Positions 36,894 through 46,152 of a DNA stretch of 64,000 nucleotides are shown here, in pieces; the stretch's first letter is position 1; the number at the start of each line of letters is the position of its first letter. A program made the translations under genes and the position numbers. This stretch comes from a virus. Taxonomy: Duplodnaviria; Caudoviricetes. The stretch covers positions 1,510 through 65,509 of the IMG/VR virus record IMGVR_UViG_3300010049_000001; one strand, given 5' to 3'. The notes under the pieces were generated by a model. That model was given only the letters and a program-made list of their open reading frames with translations, did no database searches and was not told the DNA's origin.

Positions 36894-37178
36894 ATGGAGA
36901 TGATTGAAATACTACAGAAGGTTTATGCCTATCAGAGAGGTTACCGGCCGAAGCCTTGGTTACAGAAAATGCGGGTGTCAGCATGTCCCACAACGGAGTT
37001 CGGAAGAGGGTGGAGAGGAAAAGATACAGATGATGCGTTACTAAAAGCATGTTCAGAAGGATATCTTATATTGGTTCCGGAATGGCATAAAGATAAGAAA
37101 AAGAAAGTAGCAGCGTTTATGCTGACGGAAAAAGGACTCAATCTCTTGTGGGAGGCTGAGTCCCTACAGGATGGTTAG
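36894..37178 (+). CDS. Lone plus-strand protein, winged-helix-like
   Basis: AAGGAG SD; L..ACSEGYL...FMLTEKGLNLL resembles a wHTH wing. Confidence 0.55.
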   Translation: MEMIEILQKVYAYQRGYRPKPWLQKMRVSACPTTEFGRGWRGKDTDDALLKACSEGYLILVPEWHKDKKKKVAAFMLTEKGLNLLWEAESLQDG

Positions 37179-37444
37179 TCGTCGCAGATTGAGATGTAGT
37201 CAATCTTGCCGTTGAAGAATCCAATTTGAATTTTTAGATACTTTTCAGATTGGGTTTCTGTTTCAAATAGAACAAAGGAATGTTGATCGTACTCTTGTTC
37301 AATAGAAACATTTTCGATCGGCATACCTGCATCGCAGGTTTCTGTTTCTTCCGGATCGTCTGCATCCAAAGAATATCGGACGGATGGGCGGTGTCCTACA
37401 AGGGAGGACAAGGCTTGGAAGAGTTCTTGAGGTGTGAGAGACAT
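37175..37444 (-). CDS. Acidic early protein; start revised to ATG 37444
   Basis: GGAG SD; MSLTPQELF...IQIGFFNGKIDYISICDD. Confidence 0.6.
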   Translation of the reverse strand: MSLTPQELFQALSSLVGHRPSVRYSLDADDPEETETCDAGMPIENVSIEQEYDQHSFVLFETETQSEKYLKIQIGFFNGKIDYISICDD

Positions 37445-37458
37445 GGTAGTGCTCCAGG

Positions 37459-37671
37459 TTAAGGAAGAATGACAATGAGGTTGTAGGCGCAAAAGATGAA
37501 TGATTCATCTCTATCGAAGGCTTTTTGATTGTCTTCGGTATGGCAACACAACATGGGTGGAAGATGAGTAAAGGCGTTGAAACTGCCTTGTTTGGAAAGT
37601 TCCACAGAAAGAAGCTCGTTTGAATGAGCCGGTGGGGTAATCAGTGGAATTAGAAAGGTTAATATTTTCAT
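37459..37671 (-). CDS. Small early protein
   Basis: 70-aa ORF in the early cluster; weak SD. Confidence 0.45.
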   Translation of the reverse strand: MKILTFLIPLITPPAHSNELLSVELSKQGSFNAFTHLPPMLCCHTEDNQKAFDRDESFIFCAYNLIVILP

Positions 37672-37684
37672 GTTAATCTCTACA

Positions 37685-37709
37685 GATGGAAGATGGAAGA
37701 TGGAAGATA
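37685..37709 (+). repeat. (GATGGAA)x3 tandem repeat
   Basis: Seen directly at 37685-37705, followed by GATAG. Confidence 0.8.
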
Positions 37710-37716
37710 GTGAAGG

Positions 37717-37959
37717 TTAAGTTAAAATGCGGATGTAAAGACCATACATCCCGTTTTCAAATTCGCCTTCGTCTTCTGCAAGTCTGGTGGATAGGAGTTC
37801 TATTGCAGGAAGATGCTCTCCTTCAGTGGTGCTATGTGGGAAGTGTTGGAGAAGTGATGGTGGGATAGAATATTTAATGCGTCCTCCATCTTTGGAGATT
37901 ATTAGAAAGGTCAGTTGGATGAGTTCAGAAGTTTTGGCATATTCAAGAGAGATGAACAT
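37717..37959 (-). CDS. Small early protein
   Basis: GGAGAG SD; 80 aa. Confidence 0.55.
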   Translation of the reverse strand: MFISLEYAKTSELIQLTFLIISKDGGRIKYSIPPSLLQHFPHSTTEGEHLPAIELLSTRLAEDEGEFENGMYGLYIRILT

Positions 37960-38050
37960 TTTTAGCTCTCCTTTAGACAGAGATGGTTGGAGGTTGTTTT
38001 GTAGGGCACCGGTTATAGATGCCCTACATTGTGTTGGAGGTTAGAGGTTG

Positions 38051-38377
38051 TTAATCAGGAAAATCATGCTTGTCAGAGATATCTACATTGATTTCAATTC
38101 CTACCAGGGTGTCGTCCTTGAATGCCATGAGGAGGATACATTCATTGTCACCATCGCCCGTTGGCATTTCAATTTTGATGGTGCGAATGCTAGGTTCTTG
38201 TTCATTGTCAGGCAGGATGGAAACAGCATTGATGTTTTGATAGAAATCCTCTGGTGATTCATCATGATTGGACATGATGTCACGTTCCATTAGAATTTGT
38301 TCCCTTTCTTGTAGTTCGTTGAGGGTGTTAAGAAGGGATTCGAAAGTGATGAAAGGAATGGCAGATGTGTGCGACAT
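38051..38377 (-). CDS. Acidic early protein
   Basis: AAGGAG SD; 108 aa, D/E-rich. Confidence 0.7.
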   Translation of the reverse strand: MSHTSAIPFITFESLLNTLNELQEREQILMERDIMSNHDESPEDFYQNINAVSILPDNEQEPSIRTIKIEMPTGDGDNECILLMAFKDDTLVGIEINVDISDKHDFPD

Positions 38378-38559
38378 GATGTTGCTCCTTGTGTGTGATG
38401 TTGCGTGTGTTAAGTTCCCCTACAGTGATGATCTGAATGACAAGGGGAACGGATAAGAGGAACAGATAAGTGGAACGAATGTCATTCAGAATGGATGATA
38501 CATGTATTGTAACATGAAATCTGGGTGTGTGCAGAAACTGTTGCTAAAAATAAATGTGT

Positions 38560-38885
38560 GCGAAAAAATGTGTTAATGTGTAAAGAGTAGTGTTAAAAAT
38601 TGTTATGGGTTAGAACGTACATTTTATCAATAAATGCCCTAACCCCTGGATATATGTCATAAATAGAACAACTAATATATACCTATAATATATATATATC
38701 TATTTAATATATTATTGTATTTATTATAGAATATATGAAATCCGTAGAGGCAGCAGATAATATAAGATAATCTAATAGATAAATTGATGCCGCAAACGTT
38801 TCTCCCTCAAAAACCAAAAAAAGGTCATTTAGGGTTAACAGGCATTTTAGGGTATTCCCTATGAAAAAAGGGTACATAAGGGTAT
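38560..38885. other. AT-rich non-coding region with AGGGT repeats (candidate origin)
   Basis: TATATATATA tract near 38686-38702; AGGGT at 38831, 38849, 38869 and 38879. Confidence 0.4.
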
Positions 38886-38982
38886 GAACTTTTTGTGACA
38901 GAATGTGCCGGTGAAATGGTAGTGTAGGAATGTGACTATGCCTCCCACAATGTAGGATTCAATAAATGCTTGGTGTTTCACA

Positions 38983-39006
38983 ATGATGCCCCTTGCGGGG
39001 CATCAT
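38983..39006 (-). terminator. 10-bp hairpin with GCAA loop after the paralog-4 gene
   Basis: ATGATGCCCC-GCAA-GGGGCATCAT; weak U tract, so it may be a stabiliser or processing stem instead. Confidence 0.5.
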
Positions 39007-39015
39007 GTTGAAACA

Positions 39016-39318
39016 TCATGCTGCCTTGTTCATTTGTTGCCGCACTGCAAAATAGATCTGATATTGTGTTTTGGCAGTGTGTATGTTCACTCCTGCCTCA
39101 ACACATGCCGCAATGATTTCACTGCGTTTCTTGCCTTGCATGCTGTCAGCAATCTGAAACACCCTTTTGACAGGGGAATCACATGCTGATTTATTTTCCC
39201 TGCGTGATGATTTGACATTTTTGATGATGGCAATCATTTCATCAAGTTTTTCATTGTTCATGCCTTCAAGCATGTTGATGATATGACGGGTGGGCATTGT
39301 AACAAATGTGTGTGACAT
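39016..39318 (-). CDS. Paralog 4 of the four-member helical family; first gene of the minus arm
   Basis: CDSPVKRVFQIADSM...RSEIIAACVEAGVNIHTAKTQYQ; start revised to ATG 39318. Confidence 0.75.
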   Translation of the reverse strand: MSHTFVTMPTRHIINMLEGMNNEKLDEMIAIIKNVKSSRRENKSACDSPVKRVFQIADSMQGKKRSEIIAACVEAGVNIHTAKTQYQIYFAVRQQMNKAA

Positions 39319-39713
39319 GATGGCACCTATGTGTGTGATTATGTACATACAACATGTATGCACAATTCAATTGCATCATGTTTTAGCATTGCATGTCATT
39401 GATCTAAATCAAATGTGATGCTGATTTGTGTCATATTGTTTATATGTATGTATCATTTTTATGTTCATTCATTCAGCATCAAAAATTTTTGCGGGGGGAG
39501 GGGCAGGGGGACATGCATTTGTCATGATGTGCATTTCATTTTGCATGCCCTTTTCAAATGATAATTATTATCATCTCCTATATGCATCCCCCACCTGGGC
39601 AACTGCCGGGGGGATATAGGGAATGACGGGACACTTTTTTCAATCAACTACCTCTCGCATTTCACCTCTATATCTACTCCCTACCTATCTTTTCACTTTT
39701 CTCAATTTCCCTC

Positions 39714-39742
39714 TTGACACCCAACACAATCTCTGTTACCCT
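39714..39742 (+). promoter_or_regulatory. Sigma70 promoter, probably giving a leaderless terS mRNA
   Basis: TTGACA-17 nt-TACCCT with extended TG; ATG lies 7 nt downstream with no SD. Confidence 0.7.
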
Positions 39743-39749
39743 CCCTCGC

Positions 39750-40178
39750 ATGAGCACAAACGATCGCCCACACAGCTGGTTAAATGATTACCTCTTCTAC
39801 CTTTCAGATGAGGGCGGAGGAATGTTCCCAGCTCAAGCAGTCCTTCGCTGTAATCGTTCTCTTGATGAGCTGTCCCACTGTAGGGATCTTTACCCAGAGC
39901 TCGTCACTCGTGAGAATCTTATCAAGCAAGCACGCATAGATGCTTTGGAACAACAAGCTCTCCAACGAGCTACCTATGGCACCCCTACCCCAGTTTTTGA
40001 CAAGCGTGGAAATCAAACCGGGGAAATCACCAAATACTCAGATCACCTTTCGAGCTTTATGCTTAAAGGTCTTCGGCCTGAAGTTTATAACCCAGATCAA
40101 AAACTCTCGCTCCATACCAATCAACCATTCACTGTAGTAGTACGAGACCTGGTTAACGAGGCCAAGACCAATGCGTAA
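39750..40178 (+). CDS. Terminase small subunit
   Basis: IDALEQQALQRATYG..PVF...G...G.I.KYSD.L..FMLKG.RPEVY pattern. Confidence 0.8.
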   Translation: MSTNDRPHSWLNDYLFYLSDEGGGMFPAQAVLRCNRSLDELSHCRDLYPELVTRENLIKQARIDALEQQALQRATYGTPTPVFDKRGNQTGEITKYSDHLSSFMLKGLRPEVYNPDQKLSLHTNQPFTVVVRDLVNEAKTNA

Positions 40179-40443
40179 GGTCTCTTTCTTCTCCCCACGT
40201 GTAGTCCAGCACGAAGACGGAACCGCCTCTAGCGTTCGTACTATTTCCTCTATCGGATTCAAACCAACCACTGCTGTAGTGACTACCCCGAGTTCCTCTC
40301 CACAAGTGCTCCAAGGTAAAGATATCCAGGACAAGGTGTGGAATGAAACAAGAAAGAGGTGGGTATTTGAAGAACCGAAAAATGTAGCTGGCTCTACTCC
40401 TCCACCCAATCTACGAGGATGGCGAAATGGAAATAAAGACTAA
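40171..40443 (+). CDS. Hypothetical protein
   Basis: 90 aa, coupled to terS; GAGG SD. Confidence 0.55.
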   Translation: MRKVSFFSPRVVQHEDGTASSVRTISSIGFKPTTAVVTTPSSSPQVLQGKDIQDKVWNETRKRWVFEEPKNVAGSTPPPNLRGWRNGNKD

Positions 40444-40690
40444 TGAAGAGCTTATTCAAGCCGTCAATGATACTCTCGAAGAACTTCACCGGCGTGGTGT
40501 CTATCTCGATGTAGATGCCTCTAGACAGATCTCACATCCGTTTCCTAAATACAACCCGTGTAGTCCTGAGTCAACTTTGCCGTCATGGGTGACTACTTTC
40601 TTTTACACCATAGCTTCTCCTTGTAGGTGCTGTTCTGGTGTTCGTATTTTTGTTTTCTTTTTGACTACCTTTTTGTTTGCTGTATCATGA
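40427..40690 (+). CDS. Hypothetical protein
   Basis: 87 aa; GAGG SD; hydrophobic C-terminus. Confidence 0.5.
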   Translation: MEIKTNEELIQAVNDTLEELHRRGVYLDVDASRQISHPFPKYNPCSPESTLPSWVTTFFYTIASPCRCCSGVRIFVFFLTTFLFAVS

Positions 40691-42045
40691 GCATACACAC
40701 GATCGTCATCCCACAGCAGGTCTTAGTTAAACCGTTGAAAAAAATAATGGTTTATCGTTATGACATCGCTGGACAACCATCGGTGACATGTGGGCATGTT
40801 CATAATACAATTCCCCCATCTGATTTACCGGTGCATTTTGTGCCGGGGAATCGAGTGAATCCATTTACTCGACCATCAGATATAAAAGTTCCAGTCCCCC
40901 CGGTGCAAATGACCCTAGAGGACATCACGTGGGTTTCCCACCCCGAGGGGGTTCTGGTCACCATTCCGGTCGAATGGTTATCTCCGCCTGATGAAGTGTA
41001 TCCAGTCTTTCTCGTTTTTGAAGACGAGAGCTCGTTTACATTTCAATCTCGAGCGCCTTCTGCTTCGCCTCCGTGTTGCGAAGTTAAGCCGGCACCTTAT
41101 CCTTTTCAGCAAAAGTGGTGTGGTCAACCCTTTGTCTGCCCCCCTACCCAAAAACCATTCGTTCCGAATCTCTGCCCACATCGGAAGCTGGATGGTATTT
41201 ATATGACATTGGGAGCGCCACATCACTTGCTTCAACCGGTCATATTGGGTGATTCTGTTTCTACAAAAACGAATCCTCTAAGTACTGGTTCAGTTCAGAT
41301 TGGAACAGATGAATTTCCTTTCCGTACCCGGGTACTGGCGTTGCCGTGGGAGCCGTTACCTACATCTGAACCAAACGGCGTAGTGGTAACCGCAGATGAT
41401 AAATATCTTTGTGTAGCCACCCCAACAAAATTTCTTCGTTCTTCCACGAAGCCTTCTTTATTTTATGGTGGGTTCCAAGTCGAAGTCAATAGCAACGTTC
41501 TACAAGTCAGCTTAGCTGGACGTTCGACTGATAAGATTACCATCTATAACAATTATGCTTCGCCTGTTTCGAAATTTCTGAAGCCTGGTGATGATGTGAT
41601 ATCTTTACCTTTTTCACCGACTACCAATCCACTTCACTTTACGATTACCTCTGCTTTTCTACCTTCTGTAGTCGGATGGTTCATCAGCGGCTCGAACACT
41701 TTGATTGTTGGAGCCTTGCATCAAGCTGGGCGTTTGATCCATCCAAATAAAGATAACTCATTGTTCTTCGATACATTTGGATTGACCTTAGAAAGATCTC
41801 TTCCAGAAAATCCATTAAGTTCTTTTAAATTATTAGTCCAGAATGATCCGCACCGAACTTGGATATCCTTTCCTGGATTTCCGACAGGCAATTTGCCGAA
41901 GGGGATCACCAACTTTACAATCTTGTCGCATGATTACCTCTTAGCGGGTGCGCATCCGATTTTGATGTTCTTGACTATTTTGCATACCAACATCGACCCC
42001 GCCAGCACGACGGCTGCCACTATGCTTCTTGAGGTGATCGAATGA
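40687..42045 (+). CDS. Pro/Cys-rich structural or fibre-associated protein
   Basis: ATGA-coupled start 40687; PPCCEVKP...CGQPFVCPP; beta-rich C-terminus. Confidence 0.5.
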   Translation: MSIHTIVIPQQVLVKPLKKIMVYRYDIAGQPSVTCGHVHNTIPPSDLPVHFVPGNRVNPFTRPSDIKVPVPPVQMTLEDITWVSHPEGVLVTIPVEWLSPPDEVYPVFLVFEDESSFTFQSRAPSASPPCCEVKPAPYPFQQKWCGQPFVCPPTQKPFVPNLCPHRKLDGIYMTLGAPHHLLQPVILGDSVSTKTNPLSTGSVQIGTDEFPFRTRVLALPWEPLPTSEPNGVVVTADDKYLCVATPTKFLRSSTKPSLFYGGFQVEVNSNVLQVSLAGRSTDKITIYNNYASPVSKFLKPGDDVISLPFSPTTNPLHFTITSAFLPSVVGWFISGSNTLIVGALHQAGRLIHPNKDNSLFFDTFGLTLERSLPENPLSSFKLLVQNDPHRTWISFPGFPTGNLPKGITNFTILSHDYLLAGAHPILMFLTILHTNIDPASTTAATMLLEVIE

Positions 42046-43787
42046 CACAATTTCCTTCTCGTTTCGGACCTCCGTGTTGTGGGAGTCCGCATAGCCATCT
42101 TCCGCAGCGGTTTGGTGAATCTGCCTGTTGTCCTCCACAACAATTTCCGGCGCCTATTCCGATTCCTGCTCATATCTATGGGGTTGATCTGTTACCAACG
42201 GAAGGCTCCAACAATGTAGTGGTTTCCGATGGGATTTATAAGGCGCTAGCACACCTTCATCAGATCTTTTCTGATGCTATCGGAGACTTTGGGTTACTTG
42301 GGACTACAGATAAATCCAACTTGGTCAACGCGATCAATGAACTTTGGACTTTGCTTATCAATGTAGATTCACGAACAGCCTGGTATGATAGAATTCCAGC
42401 TGCGCCGATCTCCTTGCAATACACAGCGACTAATGGTTTGGTAGTGTTTGCGGGCGATACCTCTTCGTTGAACTTCTATGTAGTACGGAATGGGGTAGCT
42501 ACCCTGATCCCGCCAAGTGTTTCTTCCCTTCGGACAATTTATAATTTCGGGGCGACGATTGAGCCGGGCGTTATGTTCCGTCTACAGCGCTCTACCGATA
42601 TCAACCCAGTAATGGATTCGTTGGTATGGCAATACACCGTACCGTTGTCTTTTGGGGTCATCACTGACTACAACGATTTACTCAACCTGCCATCTATTAA
42701 TGGGATCGTTCTCGAGGGCAATAAGACGGCAGCTGAACTTGGTCTGGCTACTCTTGCAAACATTGCTGGGTTTTATACCAAGCCGGCTTCTGGTATTCCG
42801 CTGACTGATCTTGCGGCTGCGGTACTAGATCGGCTAGTTCCGATCACTTCGAACAATGGGGATGTCCTTACGTTTAACAGCGGTGTCTGGTCTGGTGCTC
42901 CACCCGCGCCGTCCGGTCTCCAAGCTGTAGCGACGAAGGACAGCCCCACCTTTAGATGGACATTGGCTGGTGATGGTACTCCCTCCCAGCCATTGACCGG
43001 GGAAGTCAGAATCTCTCTGGCATCGGATAATGCTCTCGAAGCGAAACCGGACGGACTCTTTGTAGATCTTTCCACCTTCACCCCAGTTGTAGATTACAAC
43101 TCCCTTCTGAATAGACCTTCTATTAACGGGGTGACGCTAGCTGGTAATATCACTTTGGCCGCTCTAGGGATTTCCCCAGACACCATGACCAGAGTCTATA
43201 CCTCCCCATCTTCTAATGTTACCTGGACTGGAAATGGTACTTCCCCGATGCCGCTCCAGGCTATCATTAAGGTATCTCCGACGCCTGGAAACGCCCTGGT
43301 AAATTATGCCGATGGATTGTTTGTTGATATTAATACCGGTGGTGTCAATGATTACATGCTCCTTTCCAGCCGTCCGTCAATTAATGGAATCATTCTGGTT
43401 CCTGGATTGACTGCTGCTGCTCTTGGTATCCATGTAGATACCAATGTACAGAATTCCAATTCAATTCAGCTGACCGGGATTGGGAGTACTGCACAACCGG
43501 TAGTAGCGAACTTGAGACTTGATCCGGCGCCTACCAATCGCATTACTGTATCTCCAACTGGAGTGAAAGTTGACCCGGAACCGCTTGATTCGAATCCGGA
43601 AAATAAGCTGGAGCGCACACCGGATGGTTTGTTTGTAGCACCCGTTGACATGACAGGTGTGCTCTTTTATGATAAGACCCAAACGTTGACCACTACTCAG
43701 CAAGATAGAGTGCTCTCCAACATTGGTTTCGGTACTAACGCAACCTCGCATGATTATCGTGCGGTCTTTCTGGGAGCTCTTGCATGA
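42042..43787 (+). CDS. Tail/head fibre with alternating repeats
   Basis: 3x DY..L...PSING..L and 3x G.GT...P....RIS/KVS/RLD...N modules; ends YDKTQTLT..QQ....NIG...DYRAVFLGALA. Confidence 0.75.
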   Translation: MTQFPSRFGPPCCGSPHSHLPQRFGESACCPPQQFPAPIPIPAHIYGVDLLPTEGSNNVVVSDGIYKALAHLHQIFSDAIGDFGLLGTTDKSNLVNAINELWTLLINVDSRTAWYDRIPAAPISLQYTATNGLVVFAGDTSSLNFYVVRNGVATLIPPSVSSLRTIYNFGATIEPGVMFRLQRSTDINPVMDSLVWQYTVPLSFGVITDYNDLLNLPSINGIVLEGNKTAAELGLATLANIAGFYTKPASGIPLTDLAAAVLDRLVPITSNNGDVLTFNSGVWSGAPPAPSGLQAVATKDSPTFRWTLAGDGTPSQPLTGEVRISLASDNALEAKPDGLFVDLSTFTPVVDYNSLLNRPSINGVTLAGNITLAALGISPDTMTRVYTSPSSNVTWTGNGTSPMPLQAIIKVSPTPGNALVNYADGLFVDINTGGVNDYMLLSSRPSINGIILVPGLTAAALGIHVDTNVQNSNSIQLTGIGSTAQPVVANLRLDPAPTNRITVSPTGVKVDPEPLDSNPENKLERTPDGLFVAPVDMTGVLFYDKTQTLTTTQQDRVLSNIGFGTNATSHDYRAVFLGALA

Positions 43788-44842
43788 GCGTACAAGAAAA
43801 CATCGACCTGGCGTTTGCCGAGGTCGGTTTACAGATGAAGGCTGATCGTGCTAGGTTAACCGATCTTGAAGAACGGATGCCGCACGGCGATGGTGTAACG
43901 GTTGAACAAGACCCTACTGATCAGGCTCTCTCAGTCAAGAAAAGTTCCCTTACACTAGCGCACTTGGCAAATATCTCAGCCAAAGCATTGCTCGGTAATA
44001 TGGGTAGCGCTAGTGCTCCAGTCAGTGAGATAGACATCACTGATCTTGGTTCAGAAATATATCTCTATTTTCAGTCCAAGTTGACTAATCCGCCGACAGA
44101 TGCTGTCGAAAGTGTGACACTGTCCTCGGACAAGAAACAAATCATTTTCACTCATTCCTCTGGCGCAACATCTTATGTAGATGTTGATGAGTTCACTATT
44201 GACCTCGGACTCTTCTTACACGAAGATCTCAATGGCCGGGATCGACCAAATCAACACCCAGCGGAAGCCATCAATGATGTCCCACGTAGCCGCACAGTCC
44301 AGGCTGCTCTTAACGACATCATGGCACAACTCGAAAATATAAACATCAGCATCGCCATGTTGGAAGGAGCTTCTGTAGGAAGTATTCGTCCAACTAATGA
44401 GGCGTTGCCTGAGATCGCTGTACAGAACGATCTTAACCAAGCGTGGATCAATTCCGGTGGACCAATGCCTTTGGTCAACGGTAATACCTTGGTTTCGTTC
44501 AATAGTGGTACGATGAACTACACCTGGACGTACTTTGCGTCTGTAGGATCTTGGAAGTTCCGTGGTGCAAATTTTTTGAACCAAGGACCGCCTGGTCCTC
44601 CTGGAGATGGTGGTGTTCCAGGTGGAGAAGTAAATGATGTCCTAGTCAAAAACTCTAGCATCAACTTCGATGCGGGTTGGAGAAAGATCGTGAAAGCGAA
44701 TCTCGATCAAGCTTTGCAAGACGAACTTGATGGTAAAGTGGACAAGGATCAGGGGATATCTAATACCGGGCTTGTTCTTGGAGTAAATTCAGCTGGTATG
44801 GTGGTTCCAACAATCGGTTCCCAATCTTGGGTTCAACATTAA
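43784..44842 (+). CDS. Tail fibre segment ending WVQH
   Basis: MSVQENIDLAFAEVG start, HEDLNGRDRPNQHP, GPPGPPG collagen triplets, GGEVNDVLVKNS..NFD..W. Confidence 0.75.
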   Translation: MSVQENIDLAFAEVGLQMKADRARLTDLEERMPHGDGVTVEQDPTDQALSVKKSSLTLAHLANISAKALLGNMGSASAPVSEIDITDLGSEIYLYFQSKLTNPPTDAVESVTLSSDKKQIIFTHSSGATSYVDVDEFTIDLGLFLHEDLNGRDRPNQHPAEAINDVPRSRTVQAALNDIMAQLENINISIAMLEGASVGSIRPTNEALPEIAVQNDLNQAWINSGGPMPLVNGNTLVSFNSGTMNYTWTYFASVGSWKFRGANFLNQGPPGPPGDGGVPGGEVNDVLVKNSSINFDAGWRKIVKANLDQALQDELDGKVDKDQGISNTGLVLGVNSAGMVVPTIGSQSWVQH

Positions 44843-44853
44843 GGAGTAGCAAA

Positions 44854-46131
44854 ATGGCATTCGTAACGCACCATATTGTGAGCGCTTCCCTGATTGGGAC
44901 CGTTCCAGTAGTAGAAGGTCAAATTATCTTCGCTGGGGATAATGGAAGAGTCTGGCGAGATTTGGATAATGGCGCCGGCACGGTTCTCCGTGTTGAAGTC
45001 ACCAAAATGATCTACGCTTCAAGTAAGTCTTCGGTAACCAATCCGCAGCCTGCCTCGCAAGGGTTCGTGTATTATTTCGCCGACACCAGAACGTTCGCAA
45101 CATGGAACGGTACAGGTTGGGACGATGCTTCAGCTCTCGATGTAGATGCTGAAAATGTAGCCTATGATAATACAACTAGTGGACTCACCGCCACTAATGT
45201 TCAAGATGCCGTCGATGAACTTGCAGGCGGCTTGGATGTTATTGATGGCAAGGTTACTGAGCTCATCTCCGACAAGATGGATAAAGTTCCGACTGCGGAT
45301 GAAGATGCCATCGCCGTATTTGATGACGCTGGTCAAGTCATCGATAGTGGTAAGACCCTCTCCGGAATCACAACTGATATCCAAAGTGCGGTCTCGAATC
45401 GTCTGACACGTTCCGATATCATCGCTGGCACGAACGTCGTGCTAACTCCGGGTTCTGGCAACACCGTTACTGTATCTGTACCGGGTATTCCGTTGCCGGA
45501 TAAGTGGTCGTCTAGTGAAAATGGTACGGGCGCAATTGGCGCAACAAACGCCTATGATTCTACTCTCTTGACTCTTTTGACTGGTTCCGGAAATCTGTCA
45601 GTAGGTGATATCGTCATCTTCTCTAATGGTTTCCAAGCTGAAGTGACTGCGATCGATTCTCCGAATGTGGATGAATTTGAGGCGGTAACCATCAGCATTC
45701 CACAGTCGGTTGCGTGGGGCGGTATTGGTGGTACGTTGACAAATCAGACTGATCTGGTCAATGCACTAAATGCAAAAGTCAATGTAGCACAAGGTACCGC
45801 CAACGAAGGCAAAACACTCGTTGTAGATGTATCTGGAAATCTCGTGCTGAGTGATTTTCCGGACACCGGCGTTACGGACGTTGAAGTGGATGGCGTCTCT
45901 GTCGTCAATAGCTCTGGTGTTGCTGAGATTGATTTATCCAATAAGTTGGATAAGGATGCGTTCGGTAACGAGAATGACTACCTGTTTGTCAATTCCTCCG
46001 GTGAGATTGATGCTCGTCCGTTGGATGCAGATAAGGTGATCTTCGACGACACTACTGCCGGGTTGTCAAAGGCTAACACGCAAACTGCGATTGAAAAGCT
46101 TGCCGCTCTTCTTACTTGGGTTCAACACTGA
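44854..46131 (+). CDS. Tail fibre segment, starts MAFVTHH and ends WVQH
   Basis: AAGGAG SD; NVAYDNTTSGLTATNVQDAVDEL (twice, second degenerate), WGGIGGTLTNQTDL, VTDVEVDG. Confidence 0.75.
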   Translation: MAFVTHHIVSASLIGTVPVVEGQIIFAGDNGRVWRDLDNGAGTVLRVEVTKMIYASSKSSVTNPQPASQGFVYYFADTRTFATWNGTGWDDASALDVDAENVAYDNTTSGLTATNVQDAVDELAGGLDVIDGKVTELISDKMDKVPTADEDAIAVFDDAGQVIDSGKTLSGITTDIQSAVSNRLTRSDIIAGTNVVLTPGSGNTVTVSVPGIPLPDKWSSSENGTGAIGATNAYDSTLLTLLTGSGNLSVGDIVIFSNGFQAEVTAIDSPNVDEFEAVTISIPQSVAWGGIGGTLTNQTDLVNALNAKVNVAQGTANEGKTLVVDVSGNLVLSDFPDTGVTDVEVDGVSVVNSSGVAEIDLSNKLDKDAFGNENDYLFVNSSGEIDARPLDADKVIFDDTTAGLSKANTQTAIEKLAALLTWVQH

Positions 46132-46152
46132 TTAAACAATAAGGTGTCCATC

